DNA of 64,000 nucleotides from a virus. Of the stretch, positions 31,981 to 42,367 are shown piece after piece (the stretch's first letter is position 1; each line of letters starts with the position of its first letter). The notes below the pieces were generated by a model. It was given only the letters and a program-made list of their open reading frames with translations. It was not told the origin of the DNA and searched no databases. The stretch is from positions 1 to 64,000 of the IMG/VR virus record IMGVR_UViG_3300037423_000701; one strand, given 5' to 3'. Both the position numbers and the translations under genes were made by a program.

Positions 31981-32274
31981 ATGGCAAAACAGCAACAGCC
32001 GTTTAAGGGTGGCCCGAGACTCGGGAATAACGCCCCTGGCGAGCCTGCTGATAGCCCTGTGCCCGCTGACGTTGCGGTCTTTGGTGGCGCGCAGTCTATC
32101 AACGGTATTGAAAACCGTGGTAGCCGCGTGATCAACCCGAGTCCGGAAGGTACAGCTACACCCGCCCCGTATGGCGGAGGTAACCCGTTTGTTCAGCAGC
32201 CGAACGCTAAGAAGGTTAGCGGTGGTGGAGCGAACGTGGGTGCCGGAGCTACTGACGGCAACGCCGTTCCGTAA
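31981..32274 (+). CDS. Gly/Pro/Ala-rich small protein (97 aa)
   Basis: ORF with low-complexity sequence. Confidence 0.45.
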   Translation: MAKQQQPFKGGPRLGNNAPGEPADSPVPADVAVFGGAQSINGIENRGSRVINPSPEGTATPAPYGGGNPFVQQPNAKKVSGGGANVGAGATDGNAVP

Positions 32275-32416
32275 ACAACTAAATATGGGGAGGGGTGGAG
32301 GCAAAGTCACACCCCGCTTCCTCTTGTCAGATCAGCAAATGCGGTCTGCGGAAGCGATGAGATACTTTGCTTGCGGCAGACCATAGTGTCTGCCGTTTGC
32401 ATTTTCTAGGAGTTTT

Positions 32417-33124
32417 ATGCCTAACTTTGAAGTAACAGTTGAAAAGGTTGAAGTGCAAGGTCTTGAAAAGGCCCGCGCTGGCCTCTTTATCACTTCAGAG
32501 AGAGTACAAGTTGAAACCCCCATCTTTGTGACCCAGGTAGCTCAGTTTGCTGGCGAGCGCTTGAAGGCCAACGTGCCGGTCGGTGAGACAGGAAACCTCC
32601 GAGCCGCTGTCTATCACGACCTACACGCCACACCGGTCAAGGATCCCACCACTGGTCGGTTCATCGGTGGTGGCCTTGGTTGGGAGGCGCGTGCAGGTAT
32701 TCGTGACTATCCGATTTCCTTCTTCAGAAATAGAAGAGCAAATATAGGTGGAAGAAGCTTTGAGTTCGAGACTGATTCACCTATCACCTATGCCCTGGCG
32801 CTTAATGATGGTCGTAGGGCTCTTTCTAAGCCTGGTGATTCTCGTGCTGGCAATCAAGGCACTAAGTTTGCATGGTTCAGTAGAACCGGTAATCTTGATG
32901 AAAATAAAATGGCAAAAAGTTCTCATGGGTACAATGTATTTAAGAGATATCTTGGACCAAGAGAAGGTAAACACTTCCTTGAAAGAACAAATGCTGAGGT
33001 TGACGCATACGTAGAAGCGCATCTAAGCGAATTTATTAACAGATTCGGTAGAACGTCGCTGGCTTCCCGCCGCAGATTGCTGGAAGACATTGGTCGCTTC
33101 TCAGGCAACCCTCGGGATCTTTAA
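32417..33124 (+). CDS. HK97 gp10-like neck/tail-completion protein candidate
   Basis: The KANVPVGETGNLRAAVYH motif resembles the gp10-family signature. Confidence 0.45.
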   Translation: MPNFEVTVEKVEVQGLEKARAGLFITSERVQVETPIFVTQVAQFAGERLKANVPVGETGNLRAAVYHDLHATPVKDPTTGRFIGGGLGWEARAGIRDYPISFFRNRRANIGGRSFEFETDSPITYALALNDGRRALSKPGDSRAGNQGTKFAWFSRTGNLDENKMAKSSHGYNVFKRYLGPREGKHFLERTNAEVDAYVEAHLSEFINRFGRTSLASRRRLLEDIGRFSGNPRDL

Positions 33125-33148
33125 AACACAACAACGAAAGGAACAGGA

Positions 33149-33757
33149 ATGGCCGAACAGCCTTCACTATTAGAACAAGCAATTGCACACCCGGAGCCGG
33201 ATGAGGATACCGTAGACCTTCCTGCTCCTAAGGTTGTAGAAGAAAGGCAAGAGGACGTACTAGAGGTAATCGAGCCTAGCTCTGAGCCTGTGGCGAGAAC
33301 ATTAGTAATAGGTGATTCTTCCAAGACCTATTACCAAGCGCCATTGAAGTATTTCCGCAAGATGGAGTTCATGGGCTTGGTCGGACGCACACTTGACGAG
33401 GCTATGAGCGGCGAGGATGGACTTACCGTTAACAGCATCTTCGGCAGTGACACACCGACTACGGTCGGAGAGTTGTCGGCTACGGACTTCGGTGACTTGG
33501 ATTCGTTCCTGGCGCTTGCCGCCAAGGTTGCCAACTATGCACCTGAGTTTCTACGCGACTGTTACATCATCTGGCTTGATGTTCCGAAACGTGAGCGTCC
33601 GTGGGCCAGAGAGGCGTTGGAGAATCTGGATGATGATGAAGGTATCAATATCATTGAGGTCTTTATCGACCAGAATTGGAAGGCCATCGAGCGTTTTTTT
33701 ACCGAGCGAATCCGCGACCTAGCGAATCGGGTAGCGAATCAGCGGAAGAACAACTAA
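33149..33757 (+). CDS. tail assembly chaperone (short, G-like form)
   Basis: Acidic 202-aa ORF immediately upstream of the tape measure. Confidence 0.7.
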   Translation: MAEQPSLLEQAIAHPEPDEDTVDLPAPKVVEERQEDVLEVIEPSSEPVARTLVIGDSSKTYYQAPLKYFRKMEFMGLVGRTLDEAMSGEDGLTVNSIFGSDTPTTVGELSATDFGDLDSFLALAAKVANYAPEFLRDCYIIWLDVPKRERPWAREALENLDDDEGINIIEVFIDQNWKAIERFFTERIRDLANRVANQRKNN

Positions 33758-34119
33758 ATCTAACAGCAATTGAAGCATTGGAGGAATACTCAGCAACGCA
33801 TTCAGAGACAGTTGAAGAGCTTCTAGAGTGGCCCGCTCTCAGGTTTGAGAGGTTTTATGAGGCTTACTCGAATCGTCAAGCTATTAACGATATGAAGCTT
33901 CAGAAAATCTGCACGATTGCGGCGACTCATGCTAACTCCAATTATGACGGCGAGGAAAACTCTGACGTTAGAGGCAACATAGCCGATGCGCTCGAAAAGA
34001 GTTTCAAGGAAGCTGTCAAGAGAATCTACATTAAGGGTCCGACCGACGAAGATAAGCTAGATGAGTACATGAAGGAAGATCCACTCTTTGCTAAGAGCCT
34101 AAGGGCAACTGAAGAATAA
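33149..34119 (+). CDS. tail assembly chaperone, -1 frameshift (GT-like) product
   Basis: A slip at T_TTT_TTT (33694-33700) joins frame 2 to the -1 frame ORF ending at 34119: ...ERFF then YRANPRPSE... Confidence 0.6.
33694..33700 (+). other. -1 programmed frameshift slippery heptamer
   Basis: T TTT TTT in the zero frame (CGT TTT TTT ACC), inside the 82-nt overlap of the two chaperone ORFs. Confidence 0.6.
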
Positions 34120-37100
34120 TGGCTGACCGTAACTTTAATATCGACATTCTTATCAAGGCTAGAAATGCCGCGTCACAGGAGCTTAATGCTGTGGCGCGGC
34201 AAATCGGCGATATTGAAAAGAGTCTCGGTGGATTAAGGAACGTCAGTGCGAATCTTAATTCGCGCATTAATTCAGTTACTAAAGAGCTAGATAAGCTGGG
34301 CTTTTCTGGTAAGAACGCTGGCGAGGTACTTGATACTTCGTTTAGTGATTTGCATGAGCGCCTTGAAAACATCGAGGGCCAGACCCACAAGGTCCGCAAA
34401 GAAATGGATGCGCTAGAGAAGTCTCAGCCATGGAAAACCATGAGCAAAGATTCAGCGCAAGCCTTTGCCAATATTGACAAGCTCGCAAAGGCTATGAGCA
34501 ACATCAAGCTAACCCCGGCGGAAGAACGAGTTCTGCACGATCAGCTTGAAAATCTATTTGGTAAAAAGGAACTAAGTAATTTTGGTCAGGATTTTCTAAA
34601 GGATTACGCCACCAAGCGTATTGCCCTAGAGAGAAATGTCAACCGAGAGATTTTCTCCGAGCGCGCCAAGCTAGAGCGTGAGATTGGAAACGTTGTACGC
34701 AAGGCCCAATCTGGTCATCAGGCACAGATGGAAGAGTCTTTGGCGAAAGTGGCCGAAATCAATCGGCGCTTGATCCAACTCGGGGACACGGGTATTTGGT
34801 CCGCCGACCAAATGGACCGAGCGTTTTCACATGCCTTAGGCAAGCTTGACTCTAGCGAGTTCGATTTTCTCACCAAGTCCATTCGTGCGGTAGGGCTTGC
34901 CTCTGAAGAAGAGGCGATAAGGCTAGAGCATTTTGCCACACAACAGCGTATCGCCCATCTGGAAGAGCTAAAGAATGTCGCTGAGACTACTCGCAATCTT
35001 AAACAACTTGATCTTGTCCGCAAGGAAGTAGCGATTGAAGCCGAAAAGGCGGCGCAAAAGCAGATCGAACTCGATAAGCAGGAGCAGGATCAGCGTGAGC
35101 AAATGCTCAGACAGACAGATGCTTTACGTAGAAAGAGTCATCTGGATGAAATTACTTCTATCCGCGAGCGCCAAAGGGCAATGTTTCAGTATGAGGCGCA
35201 ACTCAAATCGCTCGCCAGAGAGACTGATGAGTTAGCTAGAAGAGACGAGGAAGCTGCTCAGGATGTAGAAAAGACAGCCAGCCGATTTGGAATCCTGACG
35301 CGCAATGCCAATATGTCTGAGCGTTCGCTCAGGGAGCTTGCGTTATCACTACAGGGATTCCAGGTTGCCGTGGCGATCAAGTATGCCCAGGCTCTCGGTT
35401 CTGCTCTTATCGGACTCGGTGGTGAACTGGTATCGGTTGCAGCCTCCGCCATCAATGCTGGTGCTGCGCTCGGTGGATCTTTGGCGGCAGGAGCCTTATC
35501 CGCTATTGGGCCGATCACCTTACTTTTTGCAACCTTAACACGGTTTAACGCAATCAGGAAAGCGCTCAACCTACGTCAGACAAATCTACTAAATGAACCG
35601 CATCAGGCCAAACAGCAATCTAACGAAGCAAACGCCTTGGCAGATGCCACAGATCGCGTTGCGGAAGCTACAGCGAGACTTAGTGAAGAAAGACGACAGG
35701 CAGTACAGAGACTAGAGGATCTTATTGATGCCGAACAGCGGGCAAGATTGGCTGCGCTCGATTCAGAATTGTCCTTTGAGTCCGCCGAACGAAGAGCAAG
35801 GTTAGCAGCACAAGGCGGCAACGTCTCTGCCTTGCGTGAGGCAGACCTGGGACTTGATCGTGCCCGATTTGAACGTGGTTCATCTTCGCGCGACCTAAAA
35901 CGCGCTCAGTCTAACCTCGCCATAGCTAAAAAGAGAACCCCCGAAGGTGACCCGCAAGTTATTGCTGCCAGAAGATCCTTAGCTGCCGCTAATCGTGATC
36001 TTGCAAAGGCTCAGCTCCAGGCTGCTGACGGAGCAGACGTTATGTCTGCTGCTGAAGACCGGCTACAGGCCATGCTGGACCAGCTTACGCCGAGCGAGCA
36101 AAGACTATATAGAGATTTTATCAAGTTACAGGATGCCTACAAGGCAGCGTTCCGTCCTATCACAGATATTATCGTCAATGCGTTTGACGACGCTATCAAG
36201 ATTATTCTTCCGCTCTTTAGCAACTCCAGTTTAATAGACGCCTTTACTGGTTTGGCTAATGTAATTGGCGATTCTATTAGAAAAATAACTGGCTTCTTCG
36301 CCGCGCCTGAACAGACGAGCTTCCTAACGTTCTTTATTGATAACGCAAAGCGCAATATCGGCCCGCTTACCGATGCGTTCATTAATTTGTCGTTGGCCTT
36401 CCTGCGCATCGGTAAGGCTGCCACTCCAGTATTGAATTTTATTGTCGATTCGTTCTTAGAGTTAACTGGCAACATTGCTGACTCGACTAAGGATTCGGAC
36501 AAGCTCGCAGACTTCTTTAGTGAGAGTAAGAAGGATCTGGACGCCTGGTTCGATTTGGCTGGTGGTATCTGGGGCTTGTTTACTCGTATCTTCTCGCTGT
36601 CGAGGGGAAGCGGACGAAAGACAATCGAAGATTTGGCTGTGCTTACCGAGCGGTGGACTAAGGCCATCGACCGAAACAAGGATGGCGTCAAACAATTCTT
36701 TGAGGACGCTAGAGCGGTCACCTATCAGGTTGCCAGAGTTGTTGGTGCTTTCGCTGTAGAAATGATGAGAGCGTTTAACCCTCGCTCCGTCAAGGAATTT
36801 GCTGACGTGTTGGTCGAGATTGTCATTCCTGCTCTCGGCAATGCCGTAAGAATCATGGGTGTATTCACCAGAACGCTTCATCAGTTCTTGTCACAGACTG
36901 CTGTAGCCGATGCCGCCAAGTTTATTGCGACCATCGTCATCATGACGAAATCAATCGAGATTCTAGGCGCAGCGTGGTTGAGAGTTTCAATTCTGGTCGG
37001 GAAATTCTTCAGGCTCTTTGAAATGGGAACCTTTGGCAAGGTCAAGGGTGCATTCATCTTGATTGGTGCTGCCCTTACGACACTTGGTGTCAAGTTCGAT

Positions 37101-40100
37101 GGAGTTACTGACAGCGCGGATACGCTCTTCACACTATTGGGTGTAGCGGCCCCACTTATTTTCTTCATCGCCAAGCTTGGCAAGCTGGCATTTGCGATCA
37201 GATCCATTAGTACGGCCATGATTGCCATGAACCTTGCTATTAAGGCCAACCCATTTGGTTTCATTGCCAGCGTTGCAGCAATGGCTATTACTGCTCTTGG
37301 TCTTTTCAAGAGCAAGAATGACGACGTTAAGGTTTCTGCCGACGATGCTGCCGAAGCGCTCACACGTCAGAAGGATGCAATGCGTGAGTTGCGCGACCTC
37401 GCGCTCGAAGAGGCCGACAAGGATCTTGCCCTACGCAACGCCAAGCTGCGTCTTGCCGAGGCGCAGATCAACCGCGAGAAGGCGCTGAAGGAGGCGCGCG
37501 CTGACGGCAAGATCACTAAGGACGAAGAACTAAATCTTCGTAACACTAAGCTTGCTCTAGATCAAGCCAAGATTGATCTTGAAAGGGCTAAGCGTGACAA
37601 AGCAGACTTTGAAGGAGATAAACCTGATAAGGTCAGGGAAAATGCCAAGTCCAGTCAAGAGAATATAGAAAAAATCAAGAAGCACAAGGAAGCCGTTAAG
37701 GATGAAGTAGTCGAACTTAAAAATCGGCTAAAGCAGCTTAAGGATACTGACGGCACATATCAGCAGCTTGGCCCTCACGGCAAGAGGCTTATCGACAACA
37801 GCAAGGAAATTCATGACGTTGAAGAGAAGTTAAGAAATAAGCAGAAGGAACTGCGGGGATCCACTGTAGAACTACGTAAGTCGATCAGAATGGCTGGTGA
37901 CGCCTGGGTTGATCTTGGCGGCAACGCAAATGATTTCGGCCTGACCATGGGCGATCTCATGCAGTATCTAGAGCATTCGGTTAACGATGGCCTTCAGCAG
38001 TTCGGTGCTAAGAAGGTTAAGTTTGCCCGCAAGTATGTAGCGAGAAGAATCGCCTCTCAGAACAGCAATCCAAAGGGTTATTCGGACTCTGGTCCGACCG
38101 ACAGCAACGATAAACGCGCCTTCGCCACTGGCGGTCTGATCCCCGGCGTAGGGTTGCGCGACACCGTGTCGGTCATGGCTGCCCCTGGTGAGGGATTCCT
38201 TACTCGCCATCAGATGCCGGTCGTGGACGCCGCTCTACGTGTGAGCGGCATGATGGCCGGTGGTCTAAAGGAACTGTGGAATAGGGTCAGCACGCCTCAC
38301 TACATGGCGCGAGGCGGGGCCGTTGACTTCAATGGGCATCCTTCCAACGTCACCACAGGCATCCGCAAGCTCATCGCACTGCTAGAGAAGAGATTCCCTG
38401 GACTTTCTGTTTCCTCGACTACCGACCATAGTAAGTTCACGACCTCGGGTAATATCTCAGACCACTACAGCGGCCATGCCGTTGACGTTGCTGGTCCGAA
38501 GTCGCTTATGAACAAGGCGGCTCGCTACATCCTTTCCTCTGGTATAGCCCGCAGGCTAAAGCAGGGTATCTACAACCCTCTGCTAGCCATTAACCGTGGT
38601 AAGGATGTAGGCCCAGGATTCTTCGGTCCTGCTGTATGGGCACAGCACGACAACCACCTTCACCTTGCACTCGCTGGAGGCCTAGGCAGAATTGTCAGCA
38701 GCCTGATTCCGAAGCTCGGTCTTTTTGGTCAGCCACAGGGTCCGATGACAGATATGATCGCCGGTCTGGCGAACATGGTTAGAAAGGCCGCTAACCGTAA
38801 GCTTTCTGGTCTGGAGTCGAAATCATTTGACAGTGATATTCCTGCCTTCACTGGTGGCTGGACCAAGGTGATGAGTAAGATTGCCGAGGCTAAGGGGTGG
38901 AGTCTTGGCGACTGGAAGTGGATCGTTAACCGTGAGTCTGGAGGCAGGGTATCTGCCAAGAATCCTAGCTCGACCGCTTTCGGTCTAGGCCAGCTACTGC
39001 AAGCTACCTATGGACGCTATGGCGGTGGCCCCGGATCCGATGGCGCTGAACAGATTTCCGCCATGGCTTCATACATTGATGATCGGTATGAAAATCCGAC
39101 CAAGGCGCGCTCATTCTGGTCGAAGCATGGCTGGTACTCGCGTGGTGGTGCCGTGCCGATCATCGCCCACGCTGGCGAAATGGTGCTGAACAGGGCACAG
39201 CAGGCCATGTTGGGTGGTAGTCGCTTCCTCTCGGGCATGTTCGGTGGCAGCTTTGCTACAGGCGGCGTTGTCGGTGGCCCGAAGTTCAAGACCTCTGCTG
39301 TGTCTGATACCTACAGCAACATTGCTGACGATATTGCGTTGATCGCTAAGAATCTCGGCAAGGGAGGAAGCTTTAAGAAGATCATTAAGGCGCTTTCCGA
39401 CCTAACCGCCGAGGACGGTCCGTTATCTAGGTTCGGCGATCAGATTCAGGATTTCGTGACACGCCTGGAGCGCCGTCGTAAGTCTGGCAAGTTCCGCATG
39501 AACGGTAAGGGTGAAGTCCTTCAGAACTACGGCGATCTGCAAGAGGCCAACCTAGAACTATCTGATCTTCAATCCACTAGAGGCGCGCTTAAGGATCAGC
39601 GCGGCGAGGCGGTCAAGGCCAACCGTGCGGCGAACAAGGCCGTGACCAAGGCTCGAAACGATCTTGCTAATGCTAAGACCCCGGCGCAGAAGAGGGCGGC
39701 TAAGAAGAATCTCCGTGCTGCCCTGGCTGGCGCGAGAGGCACACGCGCCGCACTCACCGGAGTTGATGATCAACTTACATCCAACACTGAAGATATCTTC
39801 AATGCGCAAGAAAACCTTAAGCGCATTGCCGAAGAGCAGTTCGATGATCGTGTCGGGTTGGTCAACGACTATGCCTCTCGTCGCCTAGCTCATAACGACT
39901 TGTTCGGACGTGGCATTGATCTGTTCACTAATTCCAAAGTTGCAAACATTCTCGGCACGTCGTTCTCTAGCAGCTCGTTCGGGGCTAAGTCTTCGTTGTT
40001 ACAGGATCGCAACTCGATTATCAGCACTCAGCTTGAAGGTCTGAATGCGCTGTTGGGTTCTGCGCCAGCCAGTAAGCGCGAAGAACTAACCGCTCAAATT

Positions 40101-40832
40101 CAAGACCTGACACTTCAGCTTGCGGAAAATGAACAGGCGATTAGAGACAACACCGACGCTTACCACACAGAGGTCTTCAACTCTTCCCAGAATAAGTTTG
40201 GTTTCCTTACAGGGACGATTGGCTCTGGCATAGGTGTCATCAAGGCTATTGGTGAACTGGCTGGAAACACAAACAATGCCCTGATCGGCACGCTGCTCGG
40301 GAAGAACCTCGGCACCTTGACTACTCAGGGACAGGGTTTGCGCTCCCAGCTATCCACGCTTCTCGGATTCGACGCGCTCGGCGGCGCGACAGGAGAAGCA
40401 CTTATTACGAAGCTTATTAACTTGTCAACGTTCGACACTTCGAACTTCACGGTTGCCCAGCGTGACCTGTTCCAGAGTCTCATTGGTGCCCTGATCGAAA
40501 ACCAGGGTGCGATTGTCGCTAATACAAGTGAGATTCAGGCTCTAAATGGTTCCGTCACGCAGTCTTTCAATTCTACTGCGTGGGATTGGTTCCGGCTGGC
40601 CATCTTCAATGGCTCTGGTGGTCTTATGCCGTCCTACCAGATCCCGCAGATGCATAGCGGTGGCCGCGTCATGGCCAACGGTCTTTACCGACTGGCCGAG
40701 GGCGAGGAAGTCCTCACGCGCGGTCAGTCCCGTGGTGATACCACCATCGAACTTAATATTACTGAACCTATGGAAGTTGCTGATCCAGATTACTTCGCTA
40801 ACCTGATAGCATTTAAACTTAAGACGAACTAA
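34119..40832 (+). CDS. tape measure protein (2237 aa) with LAS/M15-like and SLT-like peptidoglycan hydrolase motifs
   Basis: Largest ORF, coiled-coil and TM-rich. SDHYSGHAVDV...HDNHLHLA at about 38457-38670. NRESGG...STAFGLGQLL at about 38928-39030. Confidence 0.85.
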   Translation: MADRNFNIDILIKARNAASQELNAVARQIGDIEKSLGGLRNVSANLNSRINSVTKELDKLGFSGKNAGEVLDTSFSDLHERLENIEGQTHKVRKEMDALEKSQPWKTMSKDSAQAFANIDKLAKAMSNIKLTPAEERVLHDQLENLFGKKELSNFGQDFLKDYATKRIALERNVNREIFSERAKLEREIGNVVRKAQSGHQAQMEESLAKVAEINRRLIQLGDTGIWSADQMDRAFSHALGKLDSSEFDFLTKSIRAVGLASEEEAIRLEHFATQQRIAHLEELKNVAETTRNLKQLDLVRKEVAIEAEKAAQKQIELDKQEQDQREQMLRQTDALRRKSHLDEITSIRERQRAMFQYEAQLKSLARETDELARRDEEAAQDVEKTASRFGILTRNANMSERSLRELALSLQGFQVAVAIKYAQALGSALIGLGGELVSVAASAINAGAALGGSLAAGALSAIGPITLLFATLTRFNAIRKALNLRQTNLLNEPHQAKQQSNEANALADATDRVAEATARLSEERRQAVQRLEDLIDAEQRARLAALDSELSFESAERRARLAAQGGNVSALREADLGLDRARFERGSSSRDLKRAQSNLAIAKKRTPEGDPQVIAARRSLAAANRDLAKAQLQAADGADVMSAAEDRLQAMLDQLTPSEQRLYRDFIKLQDAYKAAFRPITDIIVNAFDDAIKIILPLFSNSSLIDAFTGLANVIGDSIRKITGFFAAPEQTSFLTFFIDNAKRNIGPLTDAFINLSLAFLRIGKAATPVLNFIVDSFLELTGNIADSTKDSDKLADFFSESKKDLDAWFDLAGGIWGLFTRIFSLSRGSGRKTIEDLAVLTERWTKAIDRNKDGVKQFFEDARAVTYQVARVVGAFAVEMMRAFNPRSVKEFADVLVEIVIPALGNAVRIMGVFTRTLHQFLSQTAVADAAKFIATIVIMTKSIEILGAAWLRVSILVGKFFRLFEMGTFGKVKGAFILIGAALTTLGVKFDGVTDSADTLFTLLGVAAPLIFFIAKLGKLAFAIRSISTAMIAMNLAIKANPFGFIASVAAMAITALGLFKSKNDDVKVSADDAAEALTRQKDAMRELRDLALEEADKDLALRNAKLRLAEAQINREKALKEARADGKITKDEELNLRNTKLALDQAKIDLERAKRDKADFEGDKPDKVRENAKSSQENIEKIKKHKEAVKDEVVELKNRLKQLKDTDGTYQQLGPHGKRLIDNSKEIHDVEEKLRNKQKELRGSTVELRKSIRMAGDAWVDLGGNANDFGLTMGDLMQYLEHSVNDGLQQFGAKKVKFARKYVARRIASQNSNPKGYSDSGPTDSNDKRAFATGGLIPGVGLRDTVSVMAAPGEGFLTRHQMPVVDAALRVSGMMAGGLKELWNRVSTPHYMARGGAVDFNGHPSNVTTGIRKLIALLEKRFPGLSVSSTTDHSKFTTSGNISDHYSGHAVDVAGPKSLMNKAARYILSSGIARRLKQGIYNPLLAINRGKDVGPGFFGPAVWAQHDNHLHLALAGGLGRIVSSLIPKLGLFGQPQGPMTDMIAGLANMVRKAANRKLSGLESKSFDSDIPAFTGGWTKVMSKIAEAKGWSLGDWKWIVNRESGGRVSAKNPSSTAFGLGQLLQATYGRYGGGPGSDGAEQISAMASYIDDRYENPTKARSFWSKHGWYSRGGAVPIIAHAGEMVLNRAQQAMLGGSRFLSGMFGGSFATGGVVGGPKFKTSAVSDTYSNIADDIALIAKNLGKGGSFKKIIKALSDLTAEDGPLSRFGDQIQDFVTRLERRRKSGKFRMNGKGEVLQNYGDLQEANLELSDLQSTRGALKDQRGEAVKANRAANKAVTKARNDLANAKTPAQKRAAKKNLRAALAGARGTRAALTGVDDQLTSNTEDIFNAQENLKRIAEEQFDDRVGLVNDYASRRLAHNDLFGRGIDLFTNSKVANILGTSFSSSSFGAKSSLLQDRNSIISTQLEGLNALLGSAPASKREELTAQIQDLTLQLAENEQAIRDNTDAYHTEVFNSSQNKFGFLTGTIGSGIGVIKAIGELAGNTNNALIGTLLGKNLGTLTTQGQGLRSQLSTLLGFDALGGATGEALITKLINLSTFDTSNFTVAQRDLFQSLIGALIENQGAIVANTSEIQALNGSVTQSFNSTAWDWFRLAIFNGSGGLMPSYQIPQMHSGGRVMANGLYRLAEGEEVLTRGQSRGDTTIELNITEPMEVADPDYFANLIAFKLKTN

Positions 40833-42367
40833 TGGCGACTATCAATAGACAATTTCAACCATCTGACTTTTCTTCCGTAACAAGAGGGCTCGAATGTGTC
40901 TTGGTCTATAACGGTCTAGAACTCAACGATAGGTTGAGTGCTGATCGCTATGTAATAACAGCCATTGATGGCCTAGCGGACGCTGAGATTAGAGACTCAC
41001 GCGAAACAAACCCTGCTCAGCATGGCGAGTCTGCTTACGATGCCTACTACGGCGGCAGAACCATTACCATCGAAGGATATATCAAAGCTGGTAATGAAGC
41101 CAAGCTGGAGGAAATGCAGCAAAATCTAAAAAGAGCATTTTCTACACTCACAGAATTGCCGCTTAAGTTTCAGTTCTTCGATGTATATGAAACATTTGAC
41201 GCAACGGCGGACATTAATAAATATACTGTGGAAATTGGTTCTGATGCCAGCGTGTCACCTAATGGATATATTACATTTTCTAGTATTCTTGTGCAGCAGT
41301 GGAAACGTTCTTTTGAGAACAAGACTTACAAGAATCTAAGAGTAGCATCACGAGTTGGACTAGGCAGCACAAACACAGGATATCTTGGTCTAATATTGCG
41401 AGAACAAGATTTACAAAATTATCTCGTGGCCAGAATTGGCGACACAGATAAACTGGAAATTGCTGAAGTTATTAACGGTACAACAAATGTATTGGTAACG
41501 GATACTGTATCTCTTAATACTGATAGTGACTACGATCTTATATTCATGATAAATGAAAATAGATTGGTGGCTCAAGTTTGGGACAACACCGATGGTGAAG
41601 ACCCGTCTGTTGACAAGTATCAAATAACTTCGGTGGGTGAATCTCTTTATGGTGAGTGTGAGTACAACTTATCAGCCACAGCGTTCTATTCAACTTACGG
41701 TGAATCTCCCGGTGGCACAGGTCTGTACATGCAGGCTTCTGATAATGACTGGAAGGTCTACAGCCACATCATAAACGCTATCTATCCCGGTGATTTCAAG
41801 ATCGACTGTCGGAAGTCGGCCCCTATCACCATGCGCGAGGTACAAGGAAGTAAAAAAATACAACGCGATTTCATGATTACTCTGAGGGCATCTAGTCCGT
41901 TTTTTACCTCACCTGTGATTGTCAAGGACGAAATGGATGTGTCAGTTCTTAGTTCGTATGGCCGCTTCTATGACAGAACTTACAACATTCTCTACCAACA
42001 GGCACTAGACGGGGACCAGGATCCTACGTATTCAACTGCCAACTCCATTACGGTGACAAACGAGGGTTCGTTTGAAGCTAGCCCTATCTTCAGAGTAAAT
42101 GGGCCATTAACAGATCCGTCAATTAATAACTCGACAACTGATCAGACGATGGCTTTATCTACCACTATTGCCGATGGGGATTGGGTGGATATTGACTTGT
42201 TGAACAGAACTATCACAGATTCCGAGGGCAATAATGTTTTCGCAATTCTAGATCCATCTTCTGACTGGATCAGTCTCGCTCCGGGTGATAATGAATTGTT
42301 CCTGTCTGTCACAGCATTCTCAGGCACCCCAACGCTAGAAGTTTTCTGGCAGCACACTTGGATCTAA
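40832..42367 (+). CDS. distal tail protein candidate (511 aa)
   Basis: First gene after the tape measure (ATGG coupling). Confidence 0.55.
   Translation: MATINRQFQPSDFSSVTRGLECVLVYNGLELNDRLSADRYVITAIDGLADAEIRDSRETNPAQHGESAYDAYYGGRTITIEGYIKAGNEAKLEEMQQNLKRAFSTLTELPLKFQFFDVYETFDATADINKYTVEIGSDASVSPNGYITFSSILVQQWKRSFENKTYKNLRVASRVGLGSTNTGYLGLILREQDLQNYLVARIGDTDKLEIAEVINGTTNVLVTDTVSLNTDSDYDLIFMINENRLVAQVWDNTDGEDPSVDKYQITSVGESLYGECEYNLSATAFYSTYGESPGGTGLYMQASDNDWKVYSHIINAIYPGDFKIDCRKSAPITMREVQGSKKIQRDFMITLRASSPFFTSPVIVKDEMDVSVLSSYGRFYDRTYNILYQQALDGDQDPTYSTANSITVTNEGSFEASPIFRVNGPLTDPSINNSTTDQTMALSTTIADGDWVDIDLLNRTITDSEGNNVFAILDPSSDWISLAPGDNELFLSVTAFSGTPTLEVFWQHTWI

Noticed and set aside
34718-40806. 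Numerous 60-190-aa ORFs in other frames or antisense within the tape-measure gene.
   Set aside because: All are nested in a 6.7-kb continuous ORF with strong protein features. None has independent start signals.
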